Part shown: piece by piece, positions 1 through 13,637 of the stretch
Layout of the letters: each line of letters opens with the position of its first letter
How positions within the stretch are numbered: the stretch's first letter is position 1
Source of the DNA: Geosiphon pyriformis uo1
Taxonomy: Eukaryota > Fungi > Glomeromycota
DNA: 64,000 nt
Assembly (NCBI GenBank): GCA_016748015.1
Contig: JAAOMT010000326.1
Location: 42,430-106,429 of the forward strand
Direction of reading: 5' to 3'
Translations under genes and position numbers: made by a program
The notes under the pieces: generated by a model
What the model was told of the DNA's origin: nothing
Database searches by the model: none
The model's input: the letters and a program-made list of their open reading frames with translations, nothing else

Positions 1-2609
1 TCTCTTATTGCCATAGTTAATTTGTTGATAATAATAATATTGAATGTAACTGATTCTGAAAATAATTAAAATTTCTTTAATTTTTGCAATATTGTAGAGA
101 CTGATAAATTGCTTAATTGTTAGTTAAGTATTCCTTAATTTACTGATTGATGGCTTCACCAAATTGCTTCAATTTGGTATTCAATTTAGATTATCTGTTC
201 ATTACTAGATTTACAGCTCAAATGTGATTGGCTTCAAGTTTGGTCAATTCAAAATCTCTGGTATATATAACTGTATCTTAAAGAGTATTTGGATACATTG
301 AGCATATTTATTGTAACAAGCTGTTATATAATTCATAAATAAATTAATTTAAAATCTGTAATACTGTGAAGTAGTTGGTGTTGATTGCTTAAATTTGGCA
401 TAGATTTCTGTAAAAGTGTCTTAAGTAAGTAATAACTGCTTTAATATTATCTTGCTTAATAGTAGTAAAACTAGTTAACAAATAATTGATATTATTGTTA
501 TCACTAAAATACTGAAAAAATGTGGTTTTGAATGTATCAAAATTTTGAGGTTTGTTTACAAAATTCTAATATTATAAATTAGTAGTGTTTTGTAAAAAAT
601 AAAAAATTCTTTAAAAAACTTTATCTTATCTATTGGTTGTAATGGTTTTTGCTATATTGTTTAGCTATGCTTAAATATTGTTTTCTTTATTAGTAAACTT
701 TTTAAGTTTTATAATTAGTACATAGATCATTAGTATTAGTAGTAGTTGTTGTTAAAATTGTAGTTGAAACTATTATTGTACAGTAATTAATACAATTAGT
801 AAATTAATTATAATAATTAGTGATAAGTCTTAGTGAATAATAGAAGCAAAGTTTGGATTGTTCAGGTATTATAAAACTTGAACAACTAGAATTTGTATTT
901 TTGAGTTATTTAAGATCAAGTTTTGATTATTATTTTACTAATTACTGTTTTTTTTTCTAATTCAGTATCTTCTTAATGACTAATAGATCTGAAATTTAGT
1001 TAAAGTAGTAGTAATTAAAGTCTTAATAGTATTGTTGGTCACAATTTAAATTCTTCAAAAAAATTGCTATAAATTCTTAATAATTTGGCTTTTTTCTGAT
1101 TATTTTAGAATAGTATTCTAAATAAGAATGTTTTTGTATTTAATAATAATATGAATTCAGATAATATGTAAATAGTATTTTCTAATATATAATAGTATAA
1201 TAGACAAATAAGTAAAATAACTTTTGGTTTTTTCTAAGTAGATAGTTGTATTTTTCTTGGTGTTTTTGCTGAAGTTTGTAATTTTTTTTTGTTTATAAAA
1301 GTAATAAAAAATCTTTCTTGAGTATAATTCTTAATTTCTTGATTTATTTCTGTAATTAGTAAAGCAAACAAATAATTTTGTAAAAACATGATGTTTTGGA
1401 ATAATTTATTGTAAAAATTTTTAAGAACAGCTTTTGGATCTTCTTAATTTCTTAATTAGAATTTAATTTTTTTATTAACATAGAAGTTGAAAGCTAATTT
1501 TGTTAATTAATAATTACTTGTTAGTTTAAGATAAATTTGATAATATTGAAATAAAAATTTTATAAATTCTAAATAATTTTTTTCTATGATTTTTTGGTTT
1601 GTTACTTTTTTAAATAGTTATTATTAATACTGGTTTTTTGTTAAATTATATCTTACAAAGAGCACCAAATGTTACAGATAATTATTTGAGGTGTTAAAAC
1701 AAATAACAAACTTGTAACTTGGTGCTTAATAGCTGGGAATATTGGTAATTTTTAAAAGTTTTGGAATCTAAAAATTTTGGTTAAGTCTTTTATATAATAA
1801 ACAGAGATTCAATTAGTGGTTTTTTTTGTGAATTTTTTTTTTCAACATGGTGACCAATTTATTTTGGCAGTTATGTTCTTTTGATAAGCTATTTTTAAAT
1901 TTCTATTTTTATTCTTAGATCTTTTACCAGTTATTTTTAATATTAAATACTCAGTACTTAATTTTTTTATTAATTAATAAACAATAAAAAAACAAAACAA
2001 AAAAAAATAAAAGAAAATAAAAAAAATAAAAAAATAAAAATAAAAAATTGGTATCTTGTCAATAACCATAATTAAAAGCTATTGGTCTAATGTGATTAAA
2101 TATTGGATTTTATTAACATAAATTATTGATAGTAGAGAAAATGATTAATATTTTTTAATTAAATAACAATATTATAGATTTAAATAATAATTGGATAATT
2201 TTATTAATATTGATGTGATTCTACTTTAAGTCATAGAAAACTATTTTTTAAAGAAAGGAGTATAAAATAATTTATTATTTCTAACTTGAATAATATTAAA
2301 TGCTTTTTTTGTTTCTAATATTTTTACTATATATATATAATTTGTGTTATATAAAATTTCTTGAAATCTTTCAATTTCTTTAAAAAAAATTCTAAAATTC
2401 TGGGATTCTAAAATTCTGTAATTTTTTGAGAAGAATCTTAGAATTCTGAAATTCTAAAATCTTGTAATTCTTTAAAAAAAATTCTGGAATTCTGAAATTC
2501 TGGAATCCTGCAATTTTATAAAAGAAATCCTAGAATTTTTTTTTATTATGTTTATTTTTGATTGGTTATTTTATTTACTTATTATAATTCTTAATTTCTA
2601 TAAATAATA
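1..2609 (-). mobile_element. Ty3/Gypsy element A, 5' part (5' LTR, PBS, eroded gag); runs off the left edge
   Basis: Minus strand reads LTR end ...TGTAACA then TTTGGTGCTC (PBS) at 1670/1669. Eroded gag remnant MIYVLIIKLKKFTNKENN..LNN.AK.IT.N near 630-730 matches MAYAPIAKLDKFTGEED of G. Confidence 0.85.
1670..2609 (-). repeat. 5' LTR of element A (~940 bp)
   Basis: Termini TATTA (eroded TGTTA)...TAACA. GGAATTC/CAGGATTC-type U3 repeats at ~2350-2540 like the G LTR, and the same U5 end motif. Confidence 0.8.
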
Positions 2610-3500
2610 CCATTCTAATATCATTATTGACTAAAATTTTTTTATTGATTGTCAACTTCCTAGTCTTTTTCAAATTAAACTCAGATGTAAAAGATAATTT
2701 AATTATATCAAGAAATTTTGAGAAAGTTAATATTTCTCCAAAACCATTAACACAATAGAAAGTTTTTTTTTTTGTCATTAATTTATTAGCAGAAAATTTA
2801 TCAGACATAACAGAAAGCTCAATATTTAATAGAAAAATTTTGACAAATTAAAACTCCATTTTTCTAAAACATATAACTTAATCAATAAAAGTTGGTTAAA
2901 GCTATTAAACTTAAATAATAAAAGTATTAAAATGTCTTTGTTATTAATTAAATTTACAAATGAAAAAGCTTTTGGTGGTTGATTCAATACATATGTTTAA
3001 GTGCAAGTTTTTTACAATATAATATTGTTCATATTCTTATCAATTACTGATATATCTAAATTTACATAACTAGTCTCTTTAACAACTATGTTTTTTATAT
3101 TTTTTATATTTAATAGATAGTTAATACTACTGGCTTTGCTGACAATTTTTTTATTTTAGGATACTATAGGTTTTTTACCAAAAACATTAATATCTTTAAG
3201 GCTTAAAGATCTAGTAAAAAAATTAATTATATCAATACTTATATTAGTTTTTTTCAGCTTTTTGTAAGATACACTACAAGAGTATATACTCTATGCCTAC
3301 CTTTTTAATACTTAAACATATTTTCAAACCAGTTAAACCTGAATTAAAACTACCAGCAAAAAAATTCACCAATTTTATCACAATAAAAAGATGTAAGTTA
3401 AAAAAAATAATTAAGAAAAACAAAGAGAAAAAGAAGAAAAAAAGAGCTATTTCTTCAATAATTCTTACTTTTATTATAACCAAAAAATTAATAAGAGAAG
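2610..3500 (-). pseudogene. LINE copy 0, eroded ORF1 5' part, interrupted by element A at 2609/2610
   Basis: ORF 2575-2808 (VNGFGEILTFSKFLDIIKLSFTSEFNL..ILVNND) matches LINE ORF1 remnants at 13159-13637 and 60989-61653. Confidence 0.75.
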
Positions 3501-3958
3501 AATTTCTTTTTTTAAGTATTTTTTTTGTTTTTATAATAGATAATAATATATTTTTTAATTAAATATAAAATAATTTTAATAGTAAAATATTTTAGAAATT
3601 TTTTTATGAAGATATTATTATTTTTTTAAAAGTTGTTANNNNNNNNNNNNNNNNNNNNCTGAATTAAAACTACCAGCAAAAAAATTCACCAATTTTATCA
3701 CAATAAAAAGATGTAAGTTAAAAAAAATAATTAAGAAAAACAAAGAGAAAAAGAAGAAAAAAAGAGCTATTTCTTCAATAATTCTTACTTTTATTATAAC
3801 CAAAAAATTAATAAGAGAAGAATTTCTTTTTTTAAGTATTTTTTTTGTTTTTATAATAGATAATAATATATTTTTTAATTAAATATAAAATAATTTTAAT
3901 AGTAAAATATTTTAGAAATTTTTTTATGAAGATATTATTATTTTTTTAAAAGTTGTTA
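3339..3958. other. Assembly artefact: 300-bp segment duplicated across a 20-N gap
   Basis: 3339-3638 is repeated, apparently identically, at 3659-3958. Confidence 0.85.
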
Positions 3959-4359
3959 TTAATATTTTGTTTAAACTTTTTATAAAAGTCTATTTTATGA
4001 ATTTTAAATTAAATTTTTTTTAATTGTATTTTATTTTTTTGTTTATGCAAAAATAGTTAATTATTAATTTAAATTTTTTAAAAGTATTTACATAATAATC
4101 TTATAAATTTCAAGTAATTAATTTTTATAAATTTTAATTATGTTTTGTTTTTTATAAATTATATTTTACAAAAAACACTAAATATTACAAATAAATAAAT
4201 AATTATTTAGTTTATAAGTTAATATTTTTTTATTATTAACATTTTATGAGTGAAACTCAAATGCTACCTAACACAATACATCAAACTAAATGATCTAAAC
4301 TAAGTACAAATCATGCTTTTTTTACACATGACCAGTCATTTAAACCAATCAAAACAACA

Positions 4360-7300
4360 CTATGAATCTATTTTAATTAATATTACATTATTAATACCAG
4401 AAAAAAAATAACATGATTTATAGAAACCAAAACAAATATCAAATGCCTCTATTATTTTAAGCAATCTAACAATTCTAATAGAAAGCAAAGATGACAAACC
4501 ACAAACCATAAGAAATACTGAGTCATTATGCATAATCAAACTTTTCTTCTCTATAAATGTCTTATATTTAGTCCTAACTAACTATATATTAGTATGATAA
4601 ATGGTTTTTATGCTCTGAACAAAATCAACAATACTCTTATTAGTCAATTTTATATTATTTGAAATAGATACTGTTTCTGAAAACCAATTTCTAAACAAAA
4701 AGCTCTTGCACAAAACAGTATACAAACTATCATCAAAAATGCATAAAGAGATTATTTACAAAACCCAAAACAATAACAGACTTAAACCTGACATTACTAA
4801 TCTAGATAAGATGCAAGTAGGTTACCATGAATAGCAGAGTCTATTGTATACACAAAAAAATAATTAAAACTTTTCACCTCCCTACAATGAAGACATAATA
4901 CACTTAAGTATCCTTTATTATATAAATATTTGTATATAGCAACTAATAGGTAGTGGTATACAGTCTTTATAAAATACAAATATAAACTGGCCATATGCTT
5001 ATTCATAGATCCAGCTGTCATATGAAAGTTAAGATACCAAACAGAAACAGTATGAACCCAATCCACATTACCAATAAAGATTGTGTCAATAACTCCAAAA
5101 CCAGGTTCAATCTCCTAATAAGCACAATATATGGCCCCATAAACATTCCAAGCAAAGTGGCAAATATTACCAAATACTGTTGTTCTATCTGTCCTAACAA
5201 ACTTATTATCAACCAGAATGGGAAGCACCAAATTTGAACCAGCAGCCAAACCAGCCAGCTTGTCAATATGTTCATTGTCTATAACACTAGAATGTTTTTT
5301 GACTTTGTACCAAAAAATGTTAAGTCTCTTATTCCTAATAGAAAATACTACTCTTTGTTGCTCTATTTAATACCAATTGTAGTAATCAGGCAGAACCAAA
5401 GCTAACTCAGCAGCACAAGTATCTAGGGCAGATTAACTGTTTGAATACACTACAACCAAATTGCCAAAAGAGATACACTTCAGAACCAGAATGATTATCT
5501 ACAACTCAGCTAATGTAGAGGACACCAATCTGTCAACACCAATTTCAACATCCAAATTCAGATCAGAGAAATATGCAGCTGTTCTATATTTCATCTTATA
5601 TGTACCCAAATTTTTTAGAGAACTATCTGTATAAACATTAAAAACATCCAAACCAGAAATGACAAGATTCTTTTTAATTTTAGAAATGCTACTAAAATCA
5701 TATATGGACAAAAAATAGGGAAAAAACATCAGAAAACTTAACAAAAGAAAAGAACCAACTCAAAAAATTATGTGCTAAGCTAAACTAACCAGAGACCAAA
5801 CCTTTGGGATTAAGTCTTTTCTAATAGTAAAATCTTTTCCAATTAAAGATCAAATCTTTCTTGTCATATAACTGCTTAACAAAAGTAATTCCAAATCTTT
5901 TTAGTAAACATAAAACATTATAAAACATCAAATCTCCCAAAACAAAAGACATCAGAATACTACCAAAAAAGTAGAAAGTAGACAAAATGATGTTGTTCAA
6001 AGACATATTACAATCTAAGAAAATTCTAATTACACCAGCTAAAAAATTGTTTACTGAACTGATCCATAGCTTTATAAGTCAACACAAAGAATGAACAGAA
6101 GATCAACTTGCAATTTACAAATCCAAAGACCTATAATTAAACAATCTACTAAAAATCTTACTAGCATTTAAGAATTTTAACACAGAAGTCACCTTGCACT
6201 TGGCCTGCAATTGCTTGAAAGATTTTAAGCCATACAACAAAGAATAGTTAAAAGCTTTATTAGGAAAGTCTCTTGGCAGACCAGCTTTCATTTTTAAACT
6301 CTTTTGAATCATTATATCTCACTTAACATACATACTTTTAAAGACAAAACTAAACTGAGTTTTATAATTGATTATAGGTTAAAGCACAACTAAGACTAAA
6401 TAAAAAAACTGCTTGTCCAAGATTGTCTTTTTCAAAACCAAATTGACAAAAAACCTAACATTTGAATGAATCTTTGTCATATTTGGTTTGAAACAAACTC
6501 TCAAAAAATACTAAGATACCTATGAAACTTCTTTTTTTGGGCAACCAAAATTGGCAAAACACTAATTAACAATAAAACTTCTTTAATTTTTTGGTTGATA
6601 AGAATAGCAACTGTCTTTTCATTATTAATTGAGATATTATTAATCTTAAAAAAACTATTTACAATGTTCAAAATGTACTAAGTGGCTGTTTGGCTGCTTT
6701 CAATCCAAATTATGTTACTAACAAAAATGCCAACTACAAGAAAAAAAGTTATTCTACCCTAACTCTCCAACTTATTAGTCTTGGCAATGAATCTAATGTT
6801 AATACAATAACTACATAAATCTTCTTGTTGTTTGATCTTATATAACAGAAGATTATAAAAGATTTTTCAAAGCAAAGACAAAAAAATCTTGTCCTAATCC
6901 AAACCATCATGTACTTAGTACTCATTTGTTAAACCAAAGTTAGTTATAATTCAATTGACTCTATTACTATAAATGTTAGCAAAAAAACAAATGAACTATT
7001 TATACATCTTAACACAAACCAAACTATTCTTCAGATAAAATTAACTTACAGAATTGTAAGCTTTTCTCATATCCTGTAAAACCAGCCAAAGTTTATGGCC
7101 TTTTTTTAAAGCATTCTTAACTACCAAACCAACAGCAAAAATAGGAGATTGAGTGATTGTTTCTTTTAACACAAAGAAATTGTTACTATAAAGAATATTG
7201 AATACACTACAAGCTGAAAAAATTTTATCAAAAAGCAATTTAAAGAAAATTTTCCTAGCAGTTTTAATCAATGCAATTGGCTTAGTGTTAGTTAGAACAT

Positions 7301-9026
7301 CCTCCTATTCATAAAATTTAGGAATTATTAACACTTAAGCTTCTTTTCATAGTTGAAATACAAATTTGTACACCAAACAAAGATTTAAAATGTCCAAAAA
7401 CATAACAAGTACTGAATTATCACAATGTTTCTACAACTCATTCGTAATGTTAAACAAACTTGCAGCCTTTCTATTAGGTAGATCTTGATCATACATAACA
7501 AATTGTTATAATTAACAGCAGCCATAATCCCAGCAAAAGCACTATTATCTATATAATCTAACAACAAGTATTAATATTGCCACAAATTAGGAACACTGTT
7601 TAATACAGCTTTTTTTTTTGTTTAATCTTCTATAATAGTATTAATCTTACTTTTGACATTAACTGAATTAAGAATCAAATTGTCATTTCTAACCAAATAA
7701 TCCAATACCATCTTACAAAAAAATGCTCTAATACACTTTAGATAGTGTCACTTTTGTTGACCACAAAACTTTCCATCCATTTGTTAATAACAGATCTAAT
7801 ATCTAATTCCTTAATTCTTAACAATTTAGTAAGTTTGGAGACATAATATGACTTTTTTATACCAAAAAAAACAGAACACACATGATTAAAATTTACATTA
7901 GAATTTACAAGATCCTAAATAAGTAAAATCTTGATACTGTTCAAAAAATTCTAATGTTTTATTAAGGAAGCAAACTTGACAACACTCTCATTATAAGAAG
8001 CTTTAATAATCTTTAAAACCAAAATTTCCAACTTATGAAACTTAGAAGACTTTTTGGTAAAAACACTGTTGAAGCCTTTGAACCATTTTTTCTTAAACAT
8101 CCTGTTAATAAAAAAAGTCTCAATTTTGCAAACAAAATTCTACATAGCATCTAAATCAAAGAACTTCTTAGAAGTAACAAACTTATCAGAAAACATCATA
8201 GCATTGGCAGCCATAGCATCTTTAAAATTGTCTCATTTGCTTTTATCAACATTTTTAACATCAAACTTTTAACAATCTTTATTTGTCTGTTTGTATAAAG
8301 AGTTTAACTGCATATTTAACAAGCCTTCTAAACCTATAGAAACAGAAACAATCTGATGATCAATGTTAAAATATTTTTCAACATCCTTAACATTATGATT
8401 CACTACTGCATTAATCAAGTTTAAAGAAACAAACATGTAATCAATTGTTTTTATGATGCCTCTAAAATTCTTCTATGTAGATTTATTTGCAACAGAATGT
8501 TAATCAGCAAGTTAACCAACCCCAAACCAAGGCATTTCTTGAAACTAGCACACCTGTACAAACCATTTTCATTGAAATCTCTACCCAAAATAACAAAAAA
8601 AAATTCATTCACAGTCTTTGCAATTAAAAAGTTGATCTTACCAGCTTGAAAAAAACACACAGCCAGAAGAGCACCAGTATAAAGTCCCAAAATCAAAACA
8701 GATAACTTATTCTTAAAAAACAGCTTAATAAACAAAAGTTTATCAGCAACTTCTGAAATCTTGCATATATGTTTTGCCAAACCAATGTTCATTATAACTG
8801 CAACATTAAAGCCCAGATAACCAAACTCCAAACCAAAAGTAAACACATAAACACCATCAAATTTATTCATAATTTATAGACAAATTTTATCTTTTAATTT
8901 TGTTTTAGTAATGATGAAAACTAAATTGTTTATTTTTTTGTACTAATAGATAATATTCTCTTGCTTAGCAGGATTGTTTATACTCTTAATATTACACATG
9001 GCAACTTTTTAAACTAAATAATTTAT
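4360..9026 (-). pseudogene. LINE copy 1 ORF2: AP endonuclease - RT - RNase H - Cys motif
   Basis: KVATCN..NNPAKQ and ILGRDFN (APE, ~8350-9026); LQDMRKAYNSV (RT, 7041-7271); VYTDSSL..SSTLAEL (RNase H, 5499-5744); LCLHCREV (4797-5066). Many stops. Confidence 0.9.
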
Positions 9027-9080
9027 TGGGAAGAGGGTAGGGAAAGTATACTACTAGCCAGAATCAAATTATCAAAGTGC

Positions 9081-9197
9081 TATTACAGATAATTATTTAG
9101 GGTCTCAAAACAAATAACAAATCTGTAACTTGGTGCTCAATAGCTTAAATAGTTGGTAATATCTGAAGATTTTAGACAAGTTATTTCTACAAACTAT
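9081..9197 (-). repeat. 3' end (U5) of a Gypsy LTR inserted in LINE copy 1 ORF1; rest lies in the gap 9198-9650
   Basis: Matches the U5 end of LTR A (1670-1780); no PBS follows. LINE ORF1 resumes at 9651. Confidence 0.8.
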
Positions 9198-9650
9198 NNN
9201 NNNNNNNNNNNNNNNNNNNNNNNNNNNNNNNNNNNNNNNNNNNNNNNNNNNNNNNNNNNNNNNNNNNNNNNNNNNNNNNNNNNNNNNNNNNNNNNNNNNN
9301 NNNNNNNNNNNNNNNNNNNNNNNNNNNNNNNNNNNNNNNNNNNNNNNNNNNNNNNNNNNNNNNNNNNNNNNNNNNNNNNNNNNNNNNNNNNNNNNNNNNN
9401 NNNNNNNNNNNNNNNNNNNNNNNNNNNNNNNNNNNNNNNNNNNNNNNNNNNNNNNNNNNNNNNNNNNNNNNNNNNNNNNNNNNNNNNNNNNNNNNNNNNN
9501 NNNNNNNNNNNNNNNNNNNNNNNNNNNNNNNNNNNNNNNNNNNNNNNNNNNNNNNNNNNNNNNNNNNNNNNNNNNNNNNNNNNNNNNNNNNNNNNNNNNN
9601 NNNNNNNNNNNNNNNNNNNNNNNNNNNNNNNNNNNNNNNNNNNNNNNNNN

Positions 9651-10175
9651 CAGTCTTGCCACTAGTAGTCTTACCCAAATTTTTTTCTATTACTATATTA
9701 CTCATTTGATCTTGTAATAGGAAAGTTACTGACAGCTGACATTTAGAACTAGACTAAAAAACTGCCAGCATAAGTGACTTTAATCTCTTAACCAGCTTAC
9801 CAATTTGTTCTGCAAAGTTGGCAAGACTGCTTTTAATACTAACTAAACATAACTCTATTTTACTCATAGCAAGTGGAAGAAGTTTTATTTTTGAAAAAAA
9901 ACCAGTATTAGCCAAACTATTACATGTAAAAAAGGGAAAAAAAAAGACCCACTAACAATTTTACTCCAAAAGACACCACCAAAAGAAACAAGATGAGCAA
10001 CTAAAGCTGACCATCTAACATAAATGGCTGCCAGTCTACTTTTATTAACATTTAAAAAGACTTTTCTTAACAAGTTATCAGCAAGAATTTTTTTACCAAC
10101 AACACAGTCCAAGAAAATATGACCTAAGTTTTCATACTTGGTACACTTAGTTGAAACAAGATAAGACCAGTACAT
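9651..10175 (-). pseudogene. LINE copy 1 ORF1, C-terminal part with CCHC knuckle remnant
   Basis: Homologous to 12270-12800 and 60170-60700. Confidence 0.8.
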
Positions 10176-11100
10176 TGTTACTTAAAGAAAAAAAGCTTAT
10201 CAAAAAAAGAAAGAAAAACGTAATAAAACATAAAGAAACACAGAATAATATGCAATAATGTTGGATAATACATTATAACATAAGATAATGTGTTATAATG
10301 CAGAATAAGACAAAATAACATATTATAACATAGAATAATGTGTTATAATACAGGATAACACAGAATAATATGTAATAATGTCAAATAATATATTATAACA
10401 TAGAATAATTAGTTATAACAGAAATAGCAAAGCAATAACTAACAATAACAAAACAATTGAAAACAATCCTGTAAAACCAAAAGAATGTATAAAAGCAAGT
10501 AGTTATAGAAGTTAAAAAGACAGCCAAAAAAAAATTCCTGGCAAATTCAATAGAATTTATATTAATTTAGAACAATACTCCTTTCTTCAAAAGATAGTTT
10601 TCTATAATTTAAAGTGAAATTATTCTCTTATTAATAAAATTATTTATTATCATCAAATTCATGTTATTATTTACTACTTAATCTATTGGCACAATAGTTC
10701 TTAATTATGGCTATTAACAGAACACTTATTTCTTATTTTATTTTATTTTATTTTATTTTATTTTCTTTTGTTGTTAACTAATTGATTAAGGATTAAGTGC
10801 TAAATTATTAATATCAAAAATTGCCTGGTAAAAGACCCCTGTGAATGGGTAGAAATCATAAAAACTACAGATTGCTTACCAGAGAATTGCCAGCCACTAA
10901 GCTGAGAAAAAAATTGATGGAATTGTGATTCCGGGAAGCTACAGATAAAACAACTATTGAATCTCTGTCTATTATACAAAGAACTCAACCAAAATCTTTA
11001 GATACAAAAATCTTTAAATATTACCAATATAATTTAGCTATTAAGCACCAAGTTACGAGTTTGTTATTTGATTTGAGACTCCAAATAATCATCTATAACA
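10176..11100 (+). repeat. Solo Gypsy LTR (925 bp) with non-matching flanks
   Basis: TGTTACT...TATAACA; U5 nearly the same as in C and G; no PBS or PPT adjacent; flanks ACAT versus CTGT. Confidence 0.88.
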
Positions 11101-11466
11101 CTGTTTTTTTGCTTCTAATGCTACTGTTATATATACATATTTTTCTAGTTTTACAGAATTGCTTTAAATTGTCTGTTCTTGCTAGTTATTGCTTCATTTT
11201 CTTATGTTATAACTAATTATTTTATGTTATAACACATTATCTAATATTATTACACTTATTCTGTGTTATCTTGTATTATAACACATTATCCTATATTATA
11301 ATGTATTATTCTATATTATCTGGCATTATAACATATTATTCTATATTATAATGTATTATCCAACGTTATTGTATGTTATTCTGTGTCTATTCACATTTTG
11401 TCACGTTTTTCTTTAGATTACATTTTTTTTTCTTCTTTCTTTAATAGACTTTTTTTTCAAGTAATA
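11101..11466 (-). repeat. 5' (U3) half of a second Gypsy LTR, inverted relative to 10176-11100
   Basis: Reverse complement starts TATTACTTG (eroded TGTTAC), carries the same ATAATGTGTTATAAC repeats as 10240-10420 and a TATATA box. Confidence 0.82.
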
Positions 11467-13637
11467 GTGTCAAAATACTCTAACTTTTATTATCTTATGA
11501 TTCACTACCATATTAACCAAGGTTGAAAAAATAAAAATGTAGTTAATTGTTTTTTAACACTCTGAAAATTACTTTATATATATGCTTTAGCAACTAGACT
11601 TTCACACAAAAAATTGATCAGGCCTAAATCAAGACATTTTTTGAAACTGGTACACCTGTGAAAACCATTTTTATTGAAATTACTATCCAAGATAATAAAA
11701 GAAAATTCATTTACTATCTTTGTTATCAGATAGTTAATTTTACCAGTTTGAAAAAAACAAGCTGCCAAAGAAGTACCAGTGTAAAGCCCCAAAATTAAGA
11801 CAAAAAGCTTATTCTTAAAGAGTAACTTGACAATAAAGAGCCACCCAGGCATTTCAAAAACTTTACATACATGTTTTACCAAAGAACTATTTATAATAAT
11901 TGTAATATCAGAATCCAAATAACCAGAATTCAAACCAGATATAAACACCCATATACCATCAAATTTGTTTATAATCCATGGATAAATCTTCCCTCTTAAC
12001 TTAGTTTTGGCAACAACAAAAATCAAATTGTTCATATTCTTATATCAACAAATAACATTTTCTTACTTAGCAGGATATTTATATCTCTAATATTACATGT
12101 GGCAATTTTTCAAACTAAATGATTTATTGAAAAGAAAGTAAGAAAAGTATACTACCAGCTAGAACCAAACTGTCAAAACATGTCAACAAACTTAACACTA
12201 AAACAAAGAGACTCTTTAATATGTTTTCTAGCTTAACAACTTCAAGAGAAATAGAAAAACCTGAAATTTCAACAGTTTTGCCACTAGTGGTCTCACTCAA
12301 GTTTTCTCCTATTATTATATTACCCACTTAATTCTGTGATGAGAAAGAAATTACTAGCAGCTGACATTTAGGGTTAGACTGGAAAACTGCCAGCACAAGT
12401 AATTTCAATCTCTTAGCCAATTCACCAATTCATCTTGTAAGACTGACAAGACTGTTTTTAATACTAACCAGACGTTTTTTCAACTCATTTACAACAGATG
12501 GGAGAGATTTCATCTTCAAAAAAGAACCAAAGCTAGCCAAACTATTATGTGCAGAAAAAAGAAGGAAAGAAAATTTACCAATAACCTTAGCCTAAGAAAC
12601 ACCACCAAAGAAGACAAAACAAGACACAAATGCTGAACACTTGGCATAAATAGATGCCAACCTGCTTTTATCTGCCTCTGACTAAATCTTATAAGAAAAG
12701 CTACCAGAAGATATTTTCCCATTCAATATACAGTTCAATGATATATGACCAAATTTTTTATACTTAATACACTTGGTAATACTAAGATAAGACCAATGCA
12801 AATTAAAATTCCTTAGCATGGGCATAATTTCTATAGTAGTGTTCAATGATTTAGCAGAATTAAAATAAACAACAACATATTTGCTTCTAATATATAAAAC
12901 TGGATGACAATCAATAATATATGTTCTCCTACCTATTGAAACAATGAAGTTTCAGATGTCATAAGCATTAGTTTCTACAAGAAAAGTATAGAGCAGTATT
13001 CTATAAAAAATTTTAAAATTCCATGTTTGTTTATTAAGATCAGCCCTGGCCACATGAACAGCATTCTTCTTAATAAAAATAAACCACTTAAAAGCCAAAA
13101 GATCAGCTTAATTTTGATCTTCTAATTCAACAATTGCCTTTTGTCATAGGTCCACCAGTTACATCTTAATTGATTTAATTAACCCAAATTCGGATAGCAC
13201 AGCACACACAGCCTCAGCTGATGTTCTAATTAGAATTTCCTTCAACACTACAGCCTGATCTAAATGTTCAGTAGTTTTTTTAAGATTGGTGTTTATTATG
13301 ATTTTTACACTAGTAATTATTTTGATGGCTTTTATCAAACCCATTTCAGAAGTAAATATTGCTCTAATGATTCCTAAAAATTTTAAGAGAGTAAAAGCTT
13401 CTTCAAAACTATTGATTTTTGAAAATAATTTTCTAATTACAACAAGCTTTTCTTGAGAGAATTTTCCAGCCATTTTATTCAAGCTAATATCCAAAGCAAA
13501 AGATTTTCTGACAAAAATATTAACCAAATTTTTCAAAAAAGAGAGAAAGAATAATAAAGCATCTAACAAGACATTATTATTATTGCCATCACTTAAAAAA
13601 TTGATTTTGTCCAATAGCTTTTTCAAAGCTTTTATAG
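11467..13637 (-). mobile_element. LINE copy 2, middle part (ORF1 plus APE start of ORF2); 3' part deleted, 5' part resumes at 43699
   Basis: APE ORF 11574-12035 (TKLRGKIYPWIINKFDG..DSNFN); ORF1 remnants 12124-13637. Confidence 0.9.

Larger units (their letters stand above)
4226..10175 (-). mobile_element. LINE copy 1 (non-LTR retrotransposon), 5' part of ORF1 lost
   Basis: 3' UTR at ~4240-4360 homologous to 45158-45277; ORF2 domains in order; ORF1 knuckle remnant CTKYENLGHIFLDC in 9885-10175. Confidence 0.9.

Noticed and set aside
9105-9705. Long ORFs spanning 9198-9650 (likewise 43728-44811)
   Set aside because: They are translations of N runs.
10240-10420. CRISPR-like short repeats (also 13705-13850, 47390-47540)
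   Set aside because: No unique spacers and no cas genes; they lie in LTR U3 regions of a eukaryotic locus.
10176-11466. MITE or DIRS-like element with inverted termini
   Set aside because: Explained by one complete LTR abutting half of an inverted LTR; outer flanks belong to different LINE positions and no recombinase is present.
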